From contig NW_021831997.1 of the NCBI RefSeq assembly GCF_006345805.1, positions 1-63,156 of the forward strand: 63,156 nucleotides of DNA. The letters run 5' to 3'. The notes beneath the pieces were generated by a model. The model was not told the DNA's origin. It saw nothing but the letters and a program-made list of their open reading frames with translations, and did no database searches. Origin of the DNA: Octopus sinensis. Its lineage: Eukaryota. The first letter of the stretch is position 1; the number at the start of each line of letters is the position of its first letter. This document shows, in pieces, positions 53,041 through 63,156 of this stretch. The position numbers were made by a program, and so were the translations under genes.

Positions 53041-53120
<80 letters not shown>

Positions 53121-53517
53121 CAGCAAAATTTTGATTCGGATGAATATGGTACTTAAGTCAAAGGCAGCAGAATTTTGTATGGTATTATCCATATAAATCA
53201 AATTGGGTGATTATAATCAAAATAAGCAACAAGTATATCCGAGGTAAAGCAGTACAATTGTTTCATGCTACTTCATTTTATTAAACACTGTAAGTATTAC
53301 ATCAGTTTTAAAATGTTGAGCAATCTTCAGCCACTTATAGAATTTTCCAGTCAAACGGACAATGCACATTCTTATCTCTATTTCATTTGCCAACATTATA
53401 TATATATATATATATAAGTCCTGGGGTCGATTTGTTCGACTAGAGGCAGTGCTCCAGCTTGGCCACAGTTGAATGACTGAAACAAGTAAAAGAACATATA
53501 TACTCATTCCGATGTGA

Positions 53518-53561
<44 letters not shown>

Positions 53562-54034
53562 ATTCATACACACATTTTTACACGATCAATTTATTGTCTT
53601 AGGAACTGGAGTTTATGATTTATTCAACTTAAACTTAGCCTAGTACTGAACAGTAACTAAACGTTGTGCAGATCTTTAAAGTCAAACGTGTAGAGTATAC
53701 GTTGTGCAGATATATAAAGTCAAGTGGAAAACGGCTAAAGTATATGATGCTGCAAATTCATAAAGTCAAGTGGATTATAGGTAAAGTATTTGTTGTGTAG
53801 AGATAAAAAAACCAATAAATAGTGAATAAAAACAAAAATAAAGAAATCACTCAGAATCGAACTCAACATCACTCCACTGATAATTTACATCAAATTCTGC
53901 TGGAAATAGCTGAGAATATCAACTTAGCATCATGAAAAGGAAGGATTCGTTGGATGATATAGTCCCAGGTTTTGAATATGCATTTAATGTCTGTGAAATA
54001 AATTTTTTAAAAGATTTGGTTTTTGAGGTTTATA

Positions 54035-54569
54035 TTGGGTTGGTGCATAATTATTGCAGCTTTTTTTTCAACAAATTTTATACAACAAAAGTAATAACTT
54101 ATAACAAAAACATTTTTAAATGATTATTCCGAAGCATATTCACCATCTACTTCAATTACTGCTTCCCATATGCTTGGCAGACGGTCATGGATTTTATTAC
54201 CAATTTTTAATGCCTACTTACTTTTCACCCTTCGTGCATATATATATATATATATAAGAATTTTTTGCGGAGTGAGATAAAAAAAAACAAAGGGTGTGTA
54301 GATATTAGAACATTTATAGATAGATAGGTCTTACAGCTGTTTCCAGGATATTTATTAATTATATCCCTTCATCGGAGACGTTGTGAGAGGATGGTTAAGT
54401 AATAGTTAATTTAGATAGGATGCAAAATGGAGGAAAGAAAATAGATGTGAGATATGTAGGGATATTGAATAGATGTGAGATATTTAAAGATGTCTTTGTT
54501 AAATATTGTTATTGTTTTTTTTTTAATAAAATTTGTTGAAAAAGCTGCAATAATTATGCACCAACCCAA
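54035..54569 (-). mobile_element. Mariner deletion derivative with nested PLE-like fragment
   Basis: TA|TTGGGTTGGTGCATAATTATTGCAGC ... GCTGCAATAATTATGCACCAACCCAA|TA; minus translation RLPSIWEAVIEVDGEY. Confidence 0.85.
54328..54379 (-). ncRNA. Minimal type I HHR-like motif (U4C)
   Basis: GUCU-CCGAUGA-AGGGAUAU..AUAUCCUG-GAA-ACAGCUGU-A-AGAC. Confidence 0.55.
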
Positions 54570-55332
54570 TATATAATTAGAGCTGACTTAAGACTACGAC
54601 TACCACTACTATTACTACAACTCATAATAATAATGATGATTTCAAATTTTGGTACAAGGCCAGCAATTTCGAGGAGACGTTAAATCTCTCATTTTATCGA
54701 TCCCGAAAGGATGAAAGGCAGAGCTGACCTCGGTGGACTTTGAACTCAGAACGTAAGGACGAACGAAATGCTGATAAGCATTTTACCCAGCGTTCTGACG
54801 GTTCTGCCAGCTCGCCGCCTTAACAACAACAACAACAATATCGACAAGAGTGAGTGTTATCGTGCTGCAGAATGGCACTGCGTAGCCGGGTAGGTCGTAT
54901 CAGCTGGATAGACTCGTTCAGTCGATGCAATCTCTTAACATAAAGCTCTGCGTCGACCGTGTGTGTTTTGTTTTATTCCCTGTGTTTAGTAGTTGATTAG
55001 CCTGTCACAATTCCAACAAATGGAATCCATTGTCTTGCGTGGATGCAACTCTGGCTGAATTCGAGATACTTCTTGCTTGTCGAGACACAGCCATTCTTTC
55101 TTCCGCTTCATATTAACATAAAGCTACCATTTTCATCAAAGTAACAGCAATAAAGAGCGTTAGAGTTTATCTTACACTTTTAGGGTGTGTGACATCAATG
55201 CATAGATTTTTTTTTGTATCTTACTCATCGCGTGAAGATTACGCGTCAAGGCAACTACAACACGGAGAATCTTCGAGATCGAATTTCTTCTACACGAAAT
55301 TTGAAAACCATTTCTGTGAAGCTCTTTCAGTA

Positions 55333-55570
55333 ATACCTATTTCTTTACTGCCCACAAGGGGCTAAACACAGAGGGGACAAACAAGGAAAGGCAAACGGAT
55401 TAAGTCGATTATATCGACCCCAGTGCGTAACTGGTACTTAATTTATCGACCCCGAAAGGATGAAAGGCAAAGTCGACTTCGGCGGAAATTGAACTCACAA
55501 CGTAACGGCAGATGAAATACGGCTAAGCATTTCGCCCGGCGTGCTAACGTTTCTGCCAACTCGCCGCCTT
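55333..55570 (-). mobile_element. SINE family B
   Basis: Family consensus. Confidence 0.9.
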
Positions 55571-56163
55571 TCTGCCAGCTGGCCGCCTTATCTTCCATCT
55601 CGCTTCTTTCAGTAATACCGCCTCCTCGGTATACAACACAAATGTCTCGAGCGGTTTTGGAAACTCTTGAACTTTGATTGAAAACGAAGATACGCAGGTG
55701 TCAAAAAAGCACATCAGATGCTCGGAAAAAGGTAAAAAAATATGTAAATTCTAAAGAGGATAACTTAAAGTAGTAGAGGAAGAATAACAGAATAAGAATA
55801 AGACATAGAAAACTACTGTAAAAATATTTTGGTGTTTAATTCAAATAGCATTGGAAAGGAACGAACGAACTTATCTGACAACTCAAGTTATACATAATTA
55901 TATGCATTCGTACATTTGTTCGCTATAATGACATTTAAAATGATTTGGTAGATCTCATTGAAAAAGGTCACAGATGTATAAAAGTGTCAGATGTGTGGTG
56001 AAGAATTTATGGTAAATTATTTAGCAACAATAAATCTGAAGTGAAAAGCATTCAGTGCGTGTGATTATTGGTAGCATGACTCTTCCAAAGCACAATTTAA
56101 ACAATTCACATTAACATATGTATATCAGCTATAATCTATATAGATTATATACGTTTCCTAGAT

Positions 56164-56197
<34 letters not shown>

Positions 56198-56208
56198 ATG
56201 TGTGTGTG

Positions 56209-56465
56209 TGGAGGTGCAATGGCCCAGTGGTTAGGGCAGCGGACTAGCGGTCGTAGGAAAACGGTTTCGATTCCCAGACCGAGCGTTGTGAGTGTTTATT
56301 GAAGGAAAACGCCTAAAGCTCCATGAGGCTCTGGCAGGGGGTGGTGGCGATACCTGGTGTGCTCTTTCGCTACGACCTTCTCTCACTCTTTCTTCCGTTG
56401 GCCTGCTCGCTTGGCCAGCGGGATGGCGTCATGTGAAGGCTAAAACAACGATCACGGTGATCACG

Positions 56466-56468
<3 letters not shown>
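56209..56468 (+). mobile_element. SINE family C, alternative tail
   Basis: Homologous to 20789-21068. Confidence 0.85.
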
Positions 56469-56504
<36 letters not shown>

Positions 56505-56507
<3 letters not shown>

Positions 56508-57352
56508 ATAACAATATAATAAATAAAACATATGCATATATACATACATATATGTACATACTTACATCTATATGTATATATACATGCATATATGAGTACA
56601 GGACACCACAAATGAACGTAGAACACAACGAGAAACGAAAACATAAAATCAAACAAGGAAATGGACTTTTTTTAACAACGAAAAAACAGAGTACAGGACC
56701 AACAATACAAGGAAAATTCCCCTTCATCAGCTGCCCTTGGTTCGACTTAATGCGTGTTTCGAAGGTAAGGGCAGAACACGACCCGGCCGAAGCAGGCCTT
56801 CCTGCAAAGGAGTAAAACAAGTGACAAGAACAGGACGTAAAAGCAATACAAATGAAGAAAAAACAGTACAAATAAAGAATAACAGGACAAGGAAACCAAC
56901 AGTAAGGGCTTTTTTTAAGCCTAGACGGTGGAAAAATTTGTTAGAACGCATGTGAAAAATCGGCTTGCGGAAGACAGAGAAGTCGATGTTGGCTTGTTGA
57001 AAGCACGGGCAGAAAGAAATTTTAGTAGCACTCCGGTCAACGGCCAGAGAGAGGAGGAGGAGTGAGAGAGAGAGAGAGAGAGAGAGGAAAAGAAACCAGA
57101 AAGGGTAAAAAATAAGGAGAGAGACAGGTAGAGAGGAAGACAGACATGCAGGGAGGAAAGGTCAAGTAAAGAGTAAGAGTACGCGTCATGATTATTCAAA
57201 TAAAAACTTACTTGGAGAAGAAAAAACAACGCGTGCGTTCGGTCATATAATAACAATATAATAAATAAAACATATGCATATATACATACATATATGTACG
57301 TACTTACATCTATATGTATATATACATGCCTATATGAGTACAGGACACCACA
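56505..57352 (-). mobile_element. 742-bp partial-tandem non-coding element (PLE-derived/retrozyme-like)
   Basis: 106-bp direct repeats at 56505-56610 and 57247-57352 (2 substitutions). Related fragments at 44089-44280. Confidence 0.65.
56719..56791 (-). ncRNA. Candidate hammerhead ribozyme with non-standard (pseudoknotted/permuted) strand order
   Basis: UUCGGC-cgggu-CGUGU-U-CUGCCCUU-a-CCUUC-GAA-ACACG-cauuaa-GUCGAA-cc-AAGGGCAG-CUGAUGA-AGGGG. All core nucleotides are present. Confidence 0.55.
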
Positions 57353-57522
57353 TATATATAATCTAGAATACGTATAATTTGTCCATTATTATATATATAT
57401 TTATAATAGTTATAGTGAAATATATATGCTATACGTTATGGTATATGTGTATACACATGCACACATACTTATACGGATATATTTGTACATTGTAAAGAAT
57501 GTGTGTGTGTGTGTGTGTGAAA

Positions 57523-57660
57523 GCGCGTGGCTTAGTGGTTAGGGTAACTGGCTCGAAATTGTAAGATCATTAGGTTGATTCCCGGCGGCGAGTCGTGTCT
57601 TTGAGCAAGACACTTTATTTCACGTTGCTCCAGTCTGCTTAGCTGGGCCAAAGAGAGTTG
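57523..57660 (+). mobile_element. SINE family D, 5' part
   Basis: A box plus CORE-like block. Confidence 0.75.
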
Positions 57661-57874
57661 TAATCGTAATTCGACAGAAAAGAATGTGATAATCCGAACG
57701 CAGATTACCGCAGAGTGATATTTCAGACAGCAGAAAAATTGGGTATTACTACGCTTAAAAGACGGAAAAAGTTGTCAACAGACAAACAACTTTTTATGTC
57801 TTATACCCTTTTTTTATTATTTTCACGTCGATACTGCGTCCGAAATATTACTTTCTTGTCTTTTTGATACGATG

Positions 57875-59113
57875 TATCAGGTTGGTGCAAAAGTAACGTC
57901 CGATTTCTAGAAAAAATGTTTCAAAGTGAATTTATCAATTTTCTTAACCTCTTCTTATAGAGACTGTTCAAAATTGGTAGGCCCCAAAAATCTAAGCTAG
58001 GGGCATTAAATTTTTGGAAGGAAAGCAGGCGTATATGTGAATTTCGTGCATGTGCATTCACTGTGCCAGAAATTTGGAAATGACATGCTGTAGTGCTTGG
58101 CATTCGCGCAGGAAGCTCCAACACGAACATTTCAGAGTGCTTGGGTGACAATCTGTGGGGGCACATGGCCTAGTGGTTAGAGCAGCGGACTCGCGGTCGA
58201 GAGATCGCGGGTTCGAATCTCAGACCGGGTGATGTGTGTGTTTATGAGCGAATCATCTAAGCTCCACGCGGCTCCGGCAGAAGGTAATGGCGAACCTCTG
58301 CTGACTCTCTCGCCACAACTTTCTCTCACTCTTTCCTCCTGAATCTTGCAGCTCACCTGCGATGGACCGGCGTCCCGTCCAGGTGGGGAACCTATACGCC
58401 AAGAAACCAGGAAACCGGCCCTTATGAGCCAGGCATGGCTCGAGAAGGAAGAAAAACAATCTGAGGACAATGCAATTTGAGGACATGTACTGAGAGTGAT
58501 AAACATCAAATATCCAGTCAATATTATGGTGTTTGGAATGGTTACTGGTGATGGCAACGTTAAAACTTCCATTCATCTTTGCATACGGCCTCACACTAAA
58601 CACGGAGGTGTACATCAAGTACCTGGAGGAATTAGTGTTGCTTTGGTTCAAGAGGGTGGTTGCTGGAAGACCCTATGTCTGGCAACAGGATCCTGCACCA
58701 TGCCACACATGCAGGAGGACCCAGTCGTGGCAGTCAGACAATTTCTGCGACCACATCTCCCCTAACATCTGGCCACCTAACTCCACACACTGCAACCCCC
58801 TTGATTATTATGTGTGGGGCGCAGTTTAGCGAAAGACTAACTAAACTTCTTGTAACACAAAAAATGAACAGATGGCAAGGATTATAGCAGCATCCACCAA
58901 CATAAACAAGGAGACCACCCAGAAAATTTGCAGGAGATTCCGAAGTCGGCTGCATGCCGTGGTTGAAGCTAATAGCGATTTTATTGAATACATTTTCTTT
59001 TTTAGTATTTTAAGATATTTTTATGTAATCTTGGTAAATATCTGTCGAAATAAGATGTCAGTGTTATTTTCATTTTTACCTAATTTAGACAACAATATAT
59101 TCACCGCACTCAG

Positions 59114-59115
<2 letters not shown>
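57875..59115 (+). mobile_element. Internally deleted DD37D (maT-like) element interrupted by a SINE
   Basis: KYPVNIMVFG...GRPYVWQQDPAPCH...WPPNSTHCNPLDYYVWG, with 37 residues counted between the 2nd and 3rd D. Confidence 0.85.
58156..58455 (+). mobile_element. SINE family C' nested in the DD37D element
   Basis: TSD acaatctg on both sides. Confidence 0.92.
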
Positions 59116-59147
<32 letters not shown>

Positions 59148-59164
59148 ATATTATATATATATAT

Positions 59165-60960
59165 ATAAGAAAGTTTGTTTGGTAAGCACGTGGGTGAATA
59201 TATAAGAAAATAGTAAAGTGTGAAAAAACGACAGAAGGCTTAAATGTTAAAAAATATATATATTTGTGTCAAAATGTCTGGAGAATATTGGAAAAATTTT
59301 TTTTCCCTTTCCTTAAAATGACATAATTTTAAAATTTTTAAAGAAATTACCGGTTTCGCGTGTAGCTTTTCAAATTTCTTGTGACGTTATGTTTATATTG
59401 CATGGAATTATCGTTGTTTTTATTTCCAGGAGATTTCTAAATAAGGGGAGGTAGTGAGTGATTTTTTCCGGTGTAGGGGAGATAATCGCTTAAAAATTTT
59501 TTTTCCCTTTTCCTTGTTAATTTCTCTGTGTCAGTATGTTCGGATGGTTGAGTCTGGGTTTGTACTTTTCAATGAAGAATGTTTCCTTGTTCAGTCTCAT
59601 TTGTGATCCTTCCAGTGATCCAATGTATTATCGAGGGGTTGTCCCTCGGTATATTTTAGTATTAGATTGTGCATCTCCTCGTCTATGCTTTTAAGTTTTT
59701 CTTCATTTGTGGAGGCCCTGAGTCTTAGAGTCTTAAAAAAATTAACCTTAAAATAGAAACAGACATTTTTTACAAAGCCACAGACGCCAAACAATACCTT
59801 CTTTTTAATTCATGCCACCCAAGACACACTAAAACAAACATCCCCTTCAACCTTGCAAGAAGGATATGCACAATAGTGTCAGAACAAAATACCAGGAACT
59901 TTAGACTGCAAGAACTCAAAAACACCCTAATTGACAGACATTACCCACTCAACTCATAGAGGATGGGATCAGACGTGCAACAGAAATCAACATAGAAACT
60001 TTAAGAAAAGTTCAACACAACAACACACCTTCCCCGAAAACACTACCTTACATATCTACATACAACCCCAGAAACAAAGAAGCCTTCACCATCATCACCC
60101 AGAATTTACCAATACTTCCTAAAAACCCAAAATTAAAGGAAATTCTAAACATACCCACAAATCATTAAAAGCTACAAACAGCCTAAATCACTTAAAAATT
60201 CTCACAAGGAAAAATTGTTTTCTGAATTACGGATGCAAAAGTAAAAAATGTGGTAGACCGAACTGTGCAACATGTCCAAACCTGCTAGAAGGATCAGAAT
60301 TCTCCTTCCAAGAGGGACAGAAATTCAAGATCAAATCTAACTTTACTTGTGCCTCTGAAAACATAATTTATGTTATTAAATGCTCGGGCTGCCACCAAGA
60401 CTACGTGGGTTCCACGGGACTATCACTCATGCGCAGATGCACACTGCATCGACAACAGATTGCATTCCCAGAATATAGAATGATACCTTTTAGTGAGCAC
60501 ATTGAGAATGCGCAAAGCAACTACTGCAACAATTTTTAATCTTCCCATTTTACCAATGTGCTTTCGGATCATCAACACAAATGAGACTGAACAAGGAAAC
60601 ATTCTTCATTGAAAAGTACAAACCCAGACTCAACCATCCGAACATACTGACAAGGAAAGGAAAAAAAATTTTAAGCGATTATCTCCCCTACACCGGAAAA
60701 AATCACTCACTACCTCCCCTTATTTAGAAATCTCCTGGAAATAAAAACAACGATAATTCCATCAATATAAACATAACGTCACAAGAAATTTGAAAAGCTA
60801 CACGCGAAACCGGTATTTCTTTAAAAATTTTAAAATTATGTCATTTTAAGGAAAGGGAAAAAAATTTTTCCAATATTCTCCAGACATTTTGACACAATAT
60901 ATATATTTTTTAACATTTAAGCCTTCTGTCGTTTTTTCACACTTTACTATTTTCTTATTA
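59165..60960 (+). mobile_element. 5'-truncated Penelope-like element with inverted pLTR
   Basis: IETDIFYKATDAKQYLLFNSCHPRHTKTNIPFNLARRICTIVS...HYP; CGRPNCATC..FTCASENIIYVIKCSGCHQDYVGST. About 400-bp inverted repeats (59196-59607 vs 60570-60960). Confidence 0.92.
59341..59380 (-). ncRNA. Minimal type I HHR in PLE pLTR, U3-A8 core variant
   Basis: AAGAAAU-UUGAAAA-GC(uacac)GC-GAA-ACCGGU-A-AUUUCUU. Sister copies at 60783-60821 (+) and 19148-19186 (+). Confidence 0.65.
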
Positions 60961-61009
60961 TATATATATATATATACTTTATTTTAAGCAGCAGAAAATT
61001 CAACAAAAT

Positions 61010-61048
61010 CTGTTACTCTGAGTTTTCTCGTTGCCGTTCATCAGACAG
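61010..61048 (-). ncRNA. Minimal HHR-like motif in a PLE-tail-like repeat (about 60985-61330)
   Basis: CUGU-CUGAUGA-A-CG(gcaa)CG-A-GAAA-ACUCAGAGU-A-ACAG; one extra A after GAAA. Confidence 0.5.
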
Positions 61049-61771
61049 TTTTTGCTAGAATGGAACTTTATAATTAATTCAATCTATACTCTTACAACGC
61101 TACACCTTTAAAAAGAATGGACTTGTTTGATTGGCCCTTTAGAAAAAAACGGTCAATCTTCGAGCGATAACAAACAAAAAGGTCAAAAATATATGTATAT
61201 ATATTAAAAAAACTTATAAAATTATAAAAATTATAAAATCCGAGGAAAAAACCGAGGAAAAAACCTATTGCCGTTAATGAAGACAGTACAAATTAATGCA
61301 TAGAAATTAAACCTGTTATAAATACTGCAATACATATTTATATTAAAATCCATATATATATATCAACATACACAAAAGGATGCGCGTAAACGCCATACAT
61401 ACATATACAGACGTATGATATGAATCTAATTATACACATAAAAGCATGTGTACATATATTCACGCAACCCGTCTCGCACGCAAGCTAAAATTCATCTATG
61501 TAGCAATTCTCATATACTGAGCAAGGAAGGGGAACGAAAGAAAGGGAAAGAGAGAAAAAGGAACGAAGGAGGGGTGGGGAAAAAACTTGTAGCGATGTTA
61601 TTGGCATCTATAGAGGCCAGTATACATACACAAGTTTGAATTGATACATATACATACCGTCGTGTGTATATATATATATATATATACACATATATAAACT
61701 GGTCGAATGCATACGTTCATATATGTAAGTATTCGTATTTATATTTATATTTATGTACTATCTGTGTATAT

Positions 61772-61825
61772 TCCACTGATGAGGCAAAGCATTTCTTATG
61801 CAGAGCCAGAGTCCCGGGATCTGGA
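61772..61825 (+). ncRNA. Decayed minimal type I HHR
   Basis: UCCA-CUGAUGA-GGC...GCC-(AGAG instead of GAAA)-UCCCGGGAU-C-UGGA. Confidence 0.5.
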
Positions 61826-62101
61826 AGTATCCAGTAATTTTTTGCTAGTTTATTTTGTCTTTTTGACTTCTCTCCTGGTGCTGTATAAACATTTATTGTG
61901 GTTTTAGAGTCAAGTTTTGGCTGCTATATCCAGCGTGGTGGTATCTCTTAGATACCCTAAATTATAATTATATATATATATTGAGCAGTATCACCACCAA
62001 GCAGTGTTTAGACGTATCTGCCCGTTGTTGCCCTCTGTCGGATTTTCAGACGCAGCAGGTGATGTATCAAAAAGCCAGCAGGGTACGAATAAATTAGCTA
62101 C

Positions 62102-62307
62102 TAGCGACAGTAGTTGTGTTTGAAACACGAATAATAATTAGCACATCCAATTTGAATTGGTTGTGTTGTTCAAATCGCCTTAAACTGCTGTTTTAACAGA
62201 GATACCGTGTCATGTTGGCGATGTGTTTCAGGCGATCTAAACAACACGTCCAATTTAAATTCGGACGTCCTAATTATAATTCGTTGCACATACTGCTACT
62301 GTCGCTA
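62102..62307. mobile_element. Diverged hairpin MITE
   Basis: tagcgacagtag...aatcgccttaaac versus gtttcaggcgat...ctactgtcgcta. Confidence 0.7.
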
Positions 62308-62628
62308 ATAACTAATTTATTATTTCTTTTTCGTTTAATTAGAACAATCTTAAATTTTTAACATAAACGGAAAATAGTTTATTCTATGTATTTATATGTT
62401 TGAATATTAAAAATATATGCTTTCACAGACAAAAGTTTTCATGTTATAATTTAACAGAAAATATAGCGATGTATGTTTCCAAAAGGTAACTTTTACATTC
62501 ATAACACAAGTGAAAAAGGAGAGAAGAAAAGAAAATGTATCACGTGTTACTTCGAGTCGATTGTACAGAAATCTTTAAAGATTTCCAAAAGAAAGGGTCT
62601 TAACTTCAAAATACTGATTTACAAGTAT

Positions 62629-62728
<100 letters not shown>

Positions 62729-63156
62729 GCAGACAGATAGACAGATAGACAGACAGACTGAGTGATAGACAAACAGACAGAGAGGTAGATAGAGAGAGAG
62801 AGATTTCCGTGTATGTATGTACACATGTATTAGTGCGGTAATGGTAAAGAAGGTGACAGTCAGGCTTATTTCGGGAAACAAGACGTGAAATGTATAGACA
62901 AAAATGCTTCAGTGCCTCACCAGAAATAGCATTGGCTAAAAGAACGCAATCAAAAATGAACGAAGCTAGGAAACGCCAAAATGAAATTACAGAAGTAACA
63001 AATTTAAGGTGGTTAGATCTGGATTTTTGAGAGAGGCGGGAAAATCACGAAGAATTTCAAGAACTGAAACGGCAAAAGAACAGAATAATATTTCTTAAGA
63101 TGCAAGCTATGAGCAATTTAAAAGACAAATTGGTAATGTAAGAGCAAACAATGAAA

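Overview
AT-rich eukaryotic DNA, dense in microsatellites and saturated with repeats. The SINE families resemble those I know from Octopus, so the source is probably an octopus genome (inference). I found no confidently identifiable host protein-coding gene; most supplied ORFs are microsatellite translations. The window holds four tRNA-derived SINE families (about 40 copies) and decayed LINEs of the R4/Dong, RTE and CR1-like clades. It also holds Penelope-like elements (PLE; RT plus GIY-YIG), Tc1/mariner remnants, many MITEs, Helitron-like elements and one initiator tRNA-Met fused to a SINE/LINE tail. The main unexplained signal is hammerhead-ribozyme (HHR) motifs: about 15, in several families. 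They include minimal type I motifs with palindromic stem III and two families with a compensatory U3-A8 core. One of those sits in a 359-bp retrozyme-like tandem unit. Three sequence-unrelated motifs (56719-56791, 13633-13705, 4421-4496) place the three HHR strands in an order that is none of the type I/II/III permutations. All structures were folded by eye, no searches were run, and repeat boundaries are approximate.
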